Source: a candidate division WOR-3 bacterium (GTDB taxonomy: Bacteria; Hydrothermota; Tepidihabitantia; Tepidihabitantales; Tepidihabitantaceae). Taken from it: DNA of 16,583 bases. Shown here one piece after another: positions 1 to 7,966 of the stretch. Under the pieces are notes generated by a model. That model worked only from the letters and a program-made list of their open reading frames with translations, searched no databases and was not told the origin of the DNA. How positions within the stretch are numbered: the stretch's first letter is position 1; each line of letters begins with the position of its first letter. A program made the translations under genes and the position numbers. Where the stretch lies: NCBI GenBank assembly GCA_965648905.1, contig CBFGIT010000048.1:1-16583 (forward strand). The letters are read 5' to 3'.

Positions 1-36
1 GGCCAGGAGCATCAATCGGAATCCAGGGGCGTTCAC
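1..36 (-). CDS. Possible 5' end of a gene running off the window (signal-peptide-like start, MNAPGFRLMLLA...)
   Basis: GTG at 36-34 opens 12 codons to the edge and lies just downstream of a sigma70-like promoter at 56-83. Too short to be sure. Confidence 0.3.
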   Translation of the reverse strand, partial: MNAPGFRLMLLA

Positions 37-55
37 GGTTATCTCTACACGAGAT

Positions 56-83
56 AGTCTACCGCTTAGCAGAACCACGTCAA
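56..83 (-). promoter_or_regulatory. Sigma70-like promoter TTGACG-N16-TAGACT
   Basis: Reverse complement of CGTCAA (78-83) and AGTCTA (56-61). Palindrome TATCTC-N5-GAGATA (40-56) covers the predicted start site. Confidence 0.4.
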
Positions 84-109
84 CCTCGCGCGCTGCCTCA
101 CTTCCCGCC

Positions 110-184
110 CTACCGCTGCACCACCAGGCTGCAGTTTGCAGAAGTAGGCGCCGTTGCTTGTGGCCCGCCCTGGTCATTTCGCCA
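110..184 (-). pseudogene. Decayed remnant of a FlgD-Ig/T9SS-type C-terminal domain
   Basis: WRNDQG (184-167), SNGAYFCKL (158-132, different frame) and LVVQR-stop (127-110) resemble the W..D..G...GVYF.KL...KLVVQR tail of CTD proteins, broken by frameshifts. Confidence 0.45.
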
Positions 185-189
185 GCATA

Positions 190-232
190 TTGACAACCCA
201 TAATTAAGTACTATGAGTGCTATATGATTATG
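190..232 (+). promoter_or_regulatory. AT-rich promoter/operator-like island
   Basis: TTGACA at 190-195, -10-like hexamers TACTAT (209-214) and TATGAT (223-228) with non-ideal spacing, and an imperfect inverted repeat CATAATTA (199-206)/TGATTATG (225-232). Confidence 0.35.
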
Positions 233-273
233 CCGATGCCGGAAGCCGAGCTTGACAGGAACAAGTGAGACGA

Positions 274-480
274 GTTGCGACCGTGGGGCAGTCACGACCG
301 GGGACACTACGGCCCGCTTTGGCGAGGCCACGCTATCATGAACCTTGATGCCCCACGGGCTCGCGTTCTGAATGAAGCACTGCACTGAGGCCTGCAAAGG
401 CGCTCTGCAAGCACCTGTGTTCGAAGCGAGCGCCGACGCGTGGGGGCAACCCACGGTCGCAGCGCGCCGTCATGACTGCC
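274..480 (+). ncRNA. Putative structured non-coding RNA (or ssDNA element), family not recognised
   Basis: Multiple long inverted repeats: 274-287/450-463, 287-298/469-480, 281-290/349-358. Long rod 351-445 capped by GCCT-GCAA-AGGC (390-401). Second GCAA hairpin at 440-454 and hairpin at 311-329. Confidence 0.45.
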
Positions 481-622
481 GAGAGAAACGGGACAGCAAA
501 GAACGGGCCGACGCGGCCGTCTACGCGGCCGCAGGAGACGCACGGCTTGACATCAAACCTGTCTCCGAGACTATACCAGTAAGGCGTCCGGAGCTACGGG
601 AAGCAGCCTGGGCCGTGATGTT

Positions 623-2134
623 CTAGTCGGTCGGGTCGACCGCGATGAACATCGTGTTGCCGCCCCGTTTCACCCGAAACAGCACCGCCCGCTTACGGTT
701 TGCTTCCTTGCGCGAGATGCGGCTGAAGTCTGCGGTGTTCGCAATCTTCTCGCCACCAGCCTCGATGATGATGTCGTTGCGCCGGACTCCGGCCTCAGCC
801 GCAGCGCTGCCCGGCTCAACCGACTCCACCAGCACCCCACCCTGGACCCGGGCCTGCTCGCGTTCCTGCACGGTCAGGTTCCGAACCGAGAGCCCAAGCC
901 AGGCGCGTGCCTGTTCATCTTCCTCAACTGATGGTACAGACGCCTGGTCGTCGGGAAACTCGGTCAACCGGACGGTCTTGGTCAATCGCTGTCCTTCCCG
1001 CACCAGTTCGACAGTGACGTTCGCACCGGGAGTGAAATCGGCAATCTGCATCCGGAACTGCTCGACGCCCTCGGTCTTGACCCCGTTGACCGCGGTGATG
1101 ACGTCGCCGGCCCGCAGCCCGGCCCGCTCGGCCGGTGCACCTTCAACTACCTCGGCAACGAGCACACCGCGGGTATCAGGAAGTCCCATCGCCTTCATCA
1201 GCCGCTCGTCCACTGCCTGGGGCCTGATGCCCATGTAGCCGCGGACGACTTTGCCGCTCTTGATGAGCTGCTCGGAAACCGACCTGACCAGGGCGACCGG
1301 CACGGCAAACCCGATGCCGACGCTTGCGCCGACCGGCGAACGGATTGCCGAGTTGATGCCCATGAGTTCGCCCTTGATATTCACCAGTGCTCCACCCGAG
1401 TTGCCCGGGTTGATTGAGGCGTCGGTCTGGATGAAATCCTGGTAGCTTGGGCCTTCGGGCAGGGGAATGCCGGACCGGCCCTTGGCCGAAACCACGCCGA
1501 CGGTCACGGTGCCGTTCAGCCCGAACGGATTGCCGACCGCAATCGCCCAGTCGCCAACCTTGATGTCCTCGGGATTGGCGAACTTGATGGGCGAGAGCGG
1601 CTTGCCGGCGGTAACTTTGAGCACGGCCAAATCGGTCTTCGGGTCCCGACCCACAACCTTGACATCTTTGCCCTTGAACTCGGTCTCGTCCGCCAGTTTC
1701 ACCGTGAACTTGTCGAAATCCGCAACCACGTGGTTGTTCGTAACAATGTACCCGTCCGGGCTGATAACCACGCCCGAGCCGAGCGAACTCCGCTGCTGCT
1801 CCATCGGCATCTCGGGAAAGCCCCGGAAGAATTCGCGGAACATCTCCTCAAGCGGGCTGCCCGGCTCACCTTCACTCCGCCGGGTCACGCGCACGGTCTT
1901 CTCCGCCGAGATGTTCACGACCGCGGGCAGGACCTGTTCGGCCACGCTGACGAACGGGCTGTGGTCCAGAGCACCAAGCCCGGAACCGGTCTGAACCGTC
2001 CCGCCGGACTGAGCTCCGGCCCGACCCGGCGCGAAGTTCAGCACGCCGGCAAGAATCAGGCCGATGACAAAGGCAACCAGGACCGCAGGCGCGACCAGCG
2101 CGCCGACCAGCTTGAGAGACACTTTGTGATTCAT
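623..2134 (-). CDS. degP: Do/DegP/HtrA-family serine endoprotease with N-terminal signal/anchor and two PDZ domains
   Basis: GSGVVISPDGYIVTNNHVV (His), DLAVLKV (Asp), IQTDASINPGNSGG (Ser) and two PDZ domains. Start moved to ATG 2134, which follows an AAGGAG Shine-Dalgarno. Confidence 0.93.
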   Translation of the reverse strand: MNHKVSLKLVGALVAPAVLVAFVIGLILAGVLNFAPGRAGAQSGGTVQTGSGLGALDHSPFVSVAEQVLPAVVNISAEKTVRVTRRSEGEPGSPLEEMFREFFRGFPEMPMEQQRSSLGSGVVISPDGYIVTNNHVVADFDKFTVKLADETEFKGKDVKVVGRDPKTDLAVLKVTAGKPLSPIKFANPEDIKVGDWAIAVGNPFGLNGTVTVGVVSAKGRSGIPLPEGPSYQDFIQTDASINPGNSGGALVNIKGELMGINSAIRSPVGASVGIGFAVPVALVRSVSEQLIKSGKVVRGYMGIRPQAVDERLMKAMGLPDTRGVLVAEVVEGAPAERAGLRAGDVITAVNGVKTEGVEQFRMQIADFTPGANVTVELVREGQRLTKTVRLTEFPDDQASVPSVEEDEQARAWLGLSVRNLTVQEREQARVQGGVLVESVEPGSAAAEAGVRRNDIIIEAGGEKIANTADFSRISRKEANRKRAVLFRVKRGGNTMFIAVDPTD

Positions 2135-2187
2135 GACAAACTCCTTGGCTCGGCAGCACTCTACGGCTGCCTGATTCATTGAGACGC

Positions 2188-2802
2188 TCAAACTACCATG
2201 TCGGTTTCGTCCTGACCGGCAGAGACATCCCTCTCCGAGACCATTCCGTGCCCGACGCTTTGGGCCGCGACGTCGACAAACCGATTTTCGCCGGGCGACT
2301 GCTTCATGAACGAATCAACCGTACGTTCAAGATGTTGCAGACACGCGGCCAACTCAGCCAGGCTCACCCGGCGCAGGCCGCGCTTTCCCTGCTCATGCGC
2401 CTCGGCCACCTGCAGAATCTGTTCCACCAGCGACTGGACGCGCGGGTCTGGTGACCGGAAGTCGTAAATCAGCCCCTTGGACCTTGTGCGCAGCGTGCTC
2501 GCCGCATTCTGGAGCGCAGTCCGGGTCTCATCGTCGGTCAAGGCTCGGGCTCCCGTGAGCAGCGCCCGCCGGAAGTTGTGCAGCACATCGGTCCACTCCC
2601 GGTCAAACTCCGGCCTGCCGCCGGCCCGGGCCAGCCGGGCAAGCGCCACTTTCAGCCCGGCAAGGAAGTGCGGGCAGTTGTCCGGGCAGTCGATGTCCCG
2701 CCGGCGCTTGCGGCCACAGCACTGCGAGCAGACAGAACCAGACAGAGCCGGGCATTCCCGACGCGCCTTGTGGACCGAACAGACTACGCACAACTCAGCC
2801 AT
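2188..2802 (-). CDS. Hypothetical protein with an 8-Cys N-terminal putative zinc-binding domain
   Basis: MAELCVVC...CPAL...CSQCC...CPDNC followed by a helical-looking region. ATG 2802 preferred over TTG 2820. Co-oriented within the operon. Confidence 0.75.
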   Translation of the reverse strand: MAELCVVCSVHKARRECPALSGSVCSQCCGRKRRRDIDCPDNCPHFLAGLKVALARLARAGGRPEFDREWTDVLHNFRRALLTGARALTDDETRTALQNAASTLRTRSKGLIYDFRSPDPRVQSLVEQILQVAEAHEQGKRGLRRVSLAELAACLQHLERTVDSFMKQSPGENRFVDVAAQSVGHGMVSERDVSAGQDETDMVV

Positions 2803-2875
2803 AAAGACAATCTTAGCCAAAACGTGGTCGTGTGCAAGCTGACTGGGCAGCCCGCGATGTCCGCGACGACCGGGT

Positions 2876-3556
2876 TCAGATTCTCATCGGCTCGAATGGG
2901 TACCGGCCGAACCGCAGCCCAACCTGAAGCGAGAACCCTTTGATACTGAACTTGGGCGGGTCCTGGTCACCGGTCCAGACCGGGCCGGTGAACGGCACAT
3001 ACCAGCCGGGTTTCAGGAATACACCAACAAATGACTCACCGCCATAACGCAGTCTGCCCATCACCTCAACTGCGGGTGTCACGCCGAAAGTCCATGCCAG
3101 GAAGTAGCGGCTGAAGTTCGGCTCGCTGAATGCATCCATTGAGTGAACGTAGTGGACCCAGGCGCCGCCGACCAGCTCCACACACGGCCTGACCCAGAAC
3201 CAGTACTTCGGTGCATAGGGATACCCGATTTCAAACCCGGCCAGAGCGCCGGCAAATTGGGCCTCAAGTGAATCGGCCTTGTCCTGCCGGGCGGAGAGCG
3301 CGCCCCGGCCGCCAATTGAGACCGGCCCGGCAATGCCGCCGCCATGTCCGCCCACCCAGACCAGCGGCGCGCGTACCCTGAACTCATCAGAACCGGCCCA
3401 GCCTGCCGGCGGCGTGCCGGTGTTCAACTCTGTGAACCGGCGGTTCAACCCGCCAAGACCCGGATATTCGAGCGTCGCCTCAAACCCGCCATACCCAGCG
3501 CCCAGCGAAGCAACTGCGGCACAGCATAAGACCACAACGTGAACTCGACTCATCAT
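2876..3556 (-). CDS. Secreted hypothetical protein, probable outer-membrane beta-barrel
   Basis: Signal peptide, Gly/aromatic-rich alternating strands and a terminal strand FSLQVGLRFG. Its AGGAG SD overlaps the upstream stop codon (3564-3569). Confidence 0.72.
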   Translation of the reverse strand: MMSRVHVVVLCCAAVASLGAGYGGFEATLEYPGLGGLNRRFTELNTGTPPAGWAGSDEFRVRAPLVWVGGHGGGIAGPVSIGGRGALSARQDKADSLEAQFAGALAGFEIGYPYAPKYWFWVRPCVELVGGAWVHYVHSMDAFSEPNFSRYFLAWTFGVTPAVEVMGRLRYGGESFVGVFLKPGWYVPFTGPVWTGDQDPPKFSIKGFSLQVGLRFGRYPFEPMRI

Positions 3557-3566
3557 TGTTCAGCTC

Positions 3567-4112
3567 CTATTCCCCTGGCTTGTTTTCTGTCGGATTGGTG
3601 AAGTCATACTGCACTGACCCGACCCGGACCACATCGCCGCCCGGACCAGCCGGCTGCCGGGACTTAGGCAGGCTCGGGTCGTGCCAGATTGCCATTGCCC
3701 GCCAGCCTGCGGTTGCCGTGGTCTCGTGCTCGACCAGATAGGCCCAGACCACCTGAACCCGGCGCCGATTCTCGCGGTTGCATTGCTCAAGTGTCGAATA
3801 CAGCAGCCAGTCGAGCACGTTGCGCAGGCTGTCGTCATCAAGCCCGGGCCGGACGACCGCGACTAGACTGACGCGGTCAACCCGGCCCGCCGGCATGTCG
3901 CGCAGTTCCCGTACCCGGTACTCAGGTCTTGGCCCGGCCGGCTCGGCCCGCAGGATTCGCGGCCCGTGCCTGGGCCAGAGCACAAGCACGAGCGTGCCAA
4001 GCAGTGCAAACACGGCGACGATTCGCCAGTAGCGGCTGCGACCTGAAGCGGACCTGCTTCTTATCCGCTCAGTGAGCGACTGTCCGGACCGCGGCTCAGA
4101 GAAACTCAGCAT
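3567..4112 (-). CDS. Hypothetical single-pass membrane protein
   Basis: Basic N-terminus, hydrophobic segment IVAVFALLGTLVLVLW, then an alpha/beta-looking domain. First gene after the promoter at 4129-4156. Confidence 0.7.
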   Translation of the reverse strand: MLSFSEPRSGQSLTERIRSRSASGRSRYWRIVAVFALLGTLVLVLWPRHGPRILRAEPAGPRPEYRVRELRDMPAGRVDRVSLVAVVRPGLDDDSLRNVLDWLLYSTLEQCNRENRRRVQVVWAYLVEHETTATAGWRAMAIWHDPSLPKSRQPAGPGGDVVRVGSVQYDFTNPTENKPGE

Positions 4113-4128
4113 GATACTTGTCGCTGGG

Positions 4129-4156
4129 ATTCTACTGCCGGGTGTGGCTCATGCAA
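4129..4156 (-). promoter_or_regulatory. Sigma70-like promoter TTGCAT-N16-TAGAAT for the four-gene degP operon
   Basis: ATTCTA at 4129-4134 and ATGCAA at 4151-4156 on the + strand. Implies a very short leader. Confidence 0.5.
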
Positions 4157-4272
4157 GCCCGCGCGCCGCGCCAGGCATGCAGGGCGGAAGGCAGAGTGCG
4201 AGCATCAGGATGCAGAACTGCGAAGCGTGGCGCAGAGCGAGAGGCGAGTGGCAAGGAAATGCAGGGCTGGGA

Positions 4273-4301
4273 TTGACAGCCGGCAAGCGGTTTCCTATGA
4301 T
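4273..4301 (+). promoter_or_regulatory. Sigma70 promoter TTGACA-N17-TATGAT for the S8 peptidase
   Basis: Near-consensus hexamers at 4273-4278 and 4296-4301. AGGAGG SD at 4372-4377. Confidence 0.7.
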
Positions 4302-4382
4302 TAGTTGTTGGGCCGATGCCGACACGGATGTCGGATTGGCCCGGTTTCTGAATTGTAACCCGAGAAAGCTCAGGAGGAACTG

Positions 4383-7073
4383 ATGCCTTCCAGAATCTTC
4401 TTAGTACTTGTTGCCATCTTTGCTCTGGTCTCGGCGTGGCCGAATTATCATCGCCCCGCCGTGACCGCGCCGGACGGCGAGTTGTGCGTTTCCGGTCAGG
4501 TGATAGTGCAGTTGAGCCAATCCCAGCGCGACCGGGTGAGCCTTACGTCCGAGGACGGGATTGCCCTGTTCGGCATTCCGGCCCTGGATGAAATCGGCCG
4601 CCGGTTGCGAGTAAACGACATCACTAAACTGATGCGCCACCCGAATCCGAGCGCGTCTGCCCGGGCCCTTGGCTGCGACCTGCAGTACGTGGTCCAGTTC
4701 GATGAGAGCTTTGACGTCGGGCAGGCAATCGAGCTCTACCAGGCCCGACCCGAGGTCGAGCATGTCTGCCCGAACGCCCTGATGAAGCTCGACGAGACCC
4801 CGAATGACCCGCTGTTCGTCTCGCAGTGGCATCTGACCAAGATTCAGGCCGCAGCCGGCTGGACTCTGGGCAAGGGTGATACGTCGGTCCTGAACATGGT
4901 GGTGGACGATGGCGGCGACTGGCTCCATCCTGACCTTGCCGACAACGTCTGGATAAATCACGCTGAGGATATCAACGGCAACGGCCGATTCGATACACTC
5001 TGGGCTCCGGATGGCGACCTCGACGGCCTGGATCAGGACGGCAACGGCTACACTGACGACGTCATCGGATTCGACATGGTTGACGGCGAGCCCAATCCCA
5101 TGCCGGTTCCACCGGACAATCACGGCTCGCACTGTTTCGGCAATGTCAACGCCGTGACCAACAACAGTACCGGTGTTGCCGGCGTGACCTGGAACAACCG
5201 CTCGGTCAATGTCCGTTGCGGCGGTGGCGGCTACGTCAACCTCGGCGCGGCGATATCGGCCATCTACTACGGCATCACCGTGAACGTCTGGGCCTATTCG
5301 ATGAGCTTCGGCGGCCCGACCCGCTATGAGCCGCTGGCCGCGGCCTGTCTTGAGGCATGGAACTCAGGCGCCGTGCTCTTCGGTTCAGCCGGCAACGAAG
5401 GCCTGGAGCGGGCACGCTATCCGGCCTGCTATGATGGGGTAGAGTGCGTTGCCGCTTCCGGCCAAGGCGACACCAAGGCATCATTCTCCAACTATGGCGA
5501 GTGGGTCGACCTGACCGCACCCGGAGTCAACATCTACACAACCGTGACCCGGGCAACCGGCAACTACGGCGCGATGGACGGAACCTCTATGTCCTGCCCG
5601 ATGGCCGCCGGAGTTGCGACCTGGGTGAAGTGCTGGTTACCATCGGCCTCGAATCAGACCGTTCTCGACATCGTTCACGCCGCCTGTGACAGCATGCCTG
5701 ACCAGTTGTTCCGCGACGGCAAGCTCGGCGCCGGCCGCATCAACATGGCCCGGGCGATTCTCCCCTATTTCCGCTGCGACCTGCGTATCGCGTCGGTCCG
5801 TTTCAATGATGCCTCGGGTAACGGCAACGGCCGGCCTGACCCAGGCGAGGCGGTCAGCGTCATCGTCACCTATGCCAACACTGCGGGCTGGCGCAACGCG
5901 ACCGGCGTGTCGGCCACGCTGGCCTGTGTCGTGTCCGGCGTCGAAGTGACCAAGAGCTCGGCCACGTTCCCCGACATCCCGGCCGGCTCGACCGGCAACT
6001 GCTCGGCCGACTCGTTTGTCATCACGATTGCCGACTGGGTTCCGCCTCAGAGAATTGGACTGCTCTTCACTGCCAGCGCCAATCCTGAGCCGGCTTATCC
6101 GGATGAGACCTTCACGGCCCAGGTCGGTGAGCCGCGCGTGCTGATTGTCGATGATGACGGCGGTTCCGACTTTGAGAAGTACTACAAGGCCGCCTGCGAC
6201 TCCAACGGTGTCCTCTATCACACTTACTCAGTTCAGACCGCGGGCTCGCCCTCGGCCGAGACCCTCGCGCACTATCCGGTGGTTTTCTGGTTCACCGGCA
6301 ACGAAGCAACCAACACCCTCACCTCAACCGACATCGCCAACCTGACAACCTTCCTCAACTCGGGCCGCAACCTGATGCTCTCGGGCCAGAACATCGCCCA
6401 GGAACTCTCCGGCACGTCGTTCCTTTCCGAGTACCTGCGGGCCGAGTTCGTCGACGACTCGACCGGGAAGCCTTATCTGGTCGGGCTTGAAGGCGACCCG
6501 ATTGCCGAGGGCGACACGATGGTCCTTGCCGGCTCGGGCGGCGCGAACAACGGTCGGCACATGGACGGCATCCGGCCGGTCGGCGGCGCGCTGGGTGGCG
6601 CGTTCTACAAGGACTACACCGACACGACAACCTACGCGCTCATCCACTACTCCGGCTCCTACAAGCTGGTTTTCTTCCCGGTTCCGTTCGAGGCGATCGA
6701 CCACTCGGCCACCCGCTACCTTCAGAAGTGGACCCTGGTCAGCCGGATTCTCCGGTTCTTCGGCGAACGCGTGCCCGGCGTCGAACAGCCGATTCCTGTG
6801 CCGCGCCTGAACCAGCCCTATGCCATGAACATCTTTCCCAACCCGTTTGCCCGTGAGGCAACGGTTCGGTTCGTGGCGCCGGTCACCGGCACGGTGACGC
6901 TCAACACCTATACGCTCAACGGCCAACTGGTGGGCAGCACATCCCGAACCGTCCGGTTCGGCGAGGATACCCAGGTCCGGCTGGACGGCTCGACGCTGAC
7001 CAATGGCGTCTACCTGGTTCAACTGGTAACGGCTGACGGCGTCTACGCCCAGAAGGCTGCGGTCCTGCGCTAG
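4383..7073 (+). CDS. Subtilisin-family (S8) serine peptidase with propeptide, Ca-binding-type insert, accessory domains and T9SS-type C-terminal sorting domain
   Basis: Signal peptide, PNDP mature start, VVDDG (Asp), HGSHCFG (His), SAGN (oxyanion), GTSMSCP (Ser), DINGNG/DQDGNGYTDD loops, and C-terminal IFPNPF...GVYLVQL...KAAVLR. Confidence 0.93.
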   Translation: MPSRIFLVLVAIFALVSAWPNYHRPAVTAPDGELCVSGQVIVQLSQSQRDRVSLTSEDGIALFGIPALDEIGRRLRVNDITKLMRHPNPSASARALGCDLQYVVQFDESFDVGQAIELYQARPEVEHVCPNALMKLDETPNDPLFVSQWHLTKIQAAAGWTLGKGDTSVLNMVVDDGGDWLHPDLADNVWINHAEDINGNGRFDTLWAPDGDLDGLDQDGNGYTDDVIGFDMVDGEPNPMPVPPDNHGSHCFGNVNAVTNNSTGVAGVTWNNRSVNVRCGGGGYVNLGAAISAIYYGITVNVWAYSMSFGGPTRYEPLAAACLEAWNSGAVLFGSAGNEGLERARYPACYDGVECVAASGQGDTKASFSNYGEWVDLTAPGVNIYTTVTRATGNYGAMDGTSMSCPMAAGVATWVKCWLPSASNQTVLDIVHAACDSMPDQLFRDGKLGAGRINMARAILPYFRCDLRIASVRFNDASGNGNGRPDPGEAVSVIVTYANTAGWRNATGVSATLACVVSGVEVTKSSATFPDIPAGSTGNCSADSFVITIADWVPPQRIGLLFTASANPEPAYPDETFTAQVGEPRVLIVDDDGGSDFEKYYKAACDSNGVLYHTYSVQTAGSPSAETLAHYPVVFWFTGNEATNTLTSTDIANLTTFLNSGRNLMLSGQNIAQELSGTSFLSEYLRAEFVDDSTGKPYLVGLEGDPIAEGDTMVLAGSGGANNGRHMDGIRPVGGALGGAFYKDYTDTTTYALIHYSGSYKLVFFPVPFEAIDHSATRYLQKWTLVSRILRFFGERVPGVEQPIPVPRLNQPYAMNIFPNPFAREATVRFVAPVTGTVTLNTYTLNGQLVGSTSRTVRFGEDTQVRLDGSTLTNGVYLVQLVTADGVYAQKAAVLR

Positions 7074-7092
7074 CCGGGTAGCAGAACGTCTT

Positions 7093-7127
7093 GACATGGG
7101 CGGCCTCGGGCCGCCCATGTCTTTCGT
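7093..7127. terminator. Intrinsic terminator hairpin between convergent S8 peptidase and recO
   Basis: Perfect 13-bp stem GACATGGGCGGCC (7093-7105)/GGCCGCCCATGTC (7109-7121) followed by TTTCGT. Confidence 0.7.
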
Positions 7128-7130
7128 CGG

Positions 7131-7919
7131 TCACAACCCTTCCGGCCAATGAAAGGAGTTGAGCAGCAACGGGTCGAAGTGGTGGGAGAGAAAACCGAGC
7201 ACAAGGTTGAGGTTATCCGGTCTGGTCGCGGCGTCGGCGAGTTGCTCGGCCGGGGTGTAGAGCAGGCACTGAAGCTCAGCCAGCTCGTCCGGAGCAAGCC
7301 GCTCGCGACGTGCGGCACGAGAACCGGGCTCGGGCCCGGCACAGGATGGACAGATGATGCCCCCTCGGGCAGCATCAAAGAGAACGCCGGCCGCCTGGGA
7401 GCGTTGAACGTCGTCCATCCCGCTCAGGGCCTGGCCGCGGCAGACAAGGCACCGGCGCAGCTCGGGCCGGAACCCGAGAAAGCTCGCAGCCTTGAGCAGG
7501 AACGACGATACCAGCGTCGGGAAGCAGCCGGTCGCCCCTTCGAGTACGGCGAGATAGGTCACGAGCAACTGGTAGAGCTGTGGGTGCGGGTCGTGCAGCG
7601 GTGCGGCCCGAAGCACGAACTCGGTCATCTGCTCCGCGGCCAGGAATCGGGCCGGCATCCGGGTCAGCGCCGCCGCCGAACGCACCATCACTGCATCGCT
7701 CAGGGTGTAGGTGCTCCGGCTCTCGCGCCAGTAGTAGATGACCCGCGCCACCGCACACCGGTCGAGCGCAGCACCGAACCGGCTGCGCGGCCGGCGCGCC
7801 CCTTTGGCCAGACAGACAACACGACCGTGGTCAGGCGTGAGCAGGGTGACGAGTCGTGACGACTCGCGCACCGGCGCTGTATGCAGGCAGACCGCTTCGG
7901 TCGAAATGATACGGCGCAC
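7131..7919 (-). CDS. recO: DNA repair protein RecO
   Basis: TEAVCL...ESSRLVTLLTPDHGRV..LAKGARRPRSRFGAAL N-terminal domain, LGFRPEL..CLVC and GGIICPSC zinc motif. Confidence 0.92.
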   Translation of the reverse strand: MRRIISTEAVCLHTAPVRESSRLVTLLTPDHGRVVCLAKGARRPRSRFGAALDRCAVARVIYYWRESRSTYTLSDAVMVRSAAALTRMPARFLAAEQMTEFVLRAAPLHDPHPQLYQLLVTYLAVLEGATGCFPTLVSSFLLKAASFLGFRPELRRCLVCRGQALSGMDDVQRSQAAGVLFDAARGGIICPSCAGPEPGSRAARRERLAPDELAELQCLLYTPAEQLADAATRPDNLNLVLGFLSHHFDPLLLNSFHWPEGL

Positions 7920-7966
7920 TAGCAGAAGCGGCCCAGTGGCCTGGTCGTCAAGTACGGACGAGACAC

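Noticed and set aside
204..223. CIRCE-like sequence (GAGTGCTA) near degP
   Set aside because: Only the right arm matches, the left arm is poor, the 9-nt spacer is absent, and it lies downstream of degP.
368..425. Hammerhead-like CUGAAUGA...CGAA
   Set aside because: Does not match CUGANGA/GAAA exactly and no consistent three-stem junction was found.
583..612. GGAAGCAGCC resembling the SRP RNA domain IV 3' strand
   Set aside because: The required CAGG-NNN-GNRA-NNN-AGCAG arrangement is absent.
372..626. 84-aa + strand ORF and overlapping 110-454 and 307-543 minus ORFs
   Set aside because: No SD or recognisable motif. They overlap the strongly base-paired element, which explains the region better.
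2135..2191. Longer TTG-initiated N-terminus for DegP
   Set aside because: ATG 2134 has an AAGGAG SD and directly starts the signal/anchor sequence.
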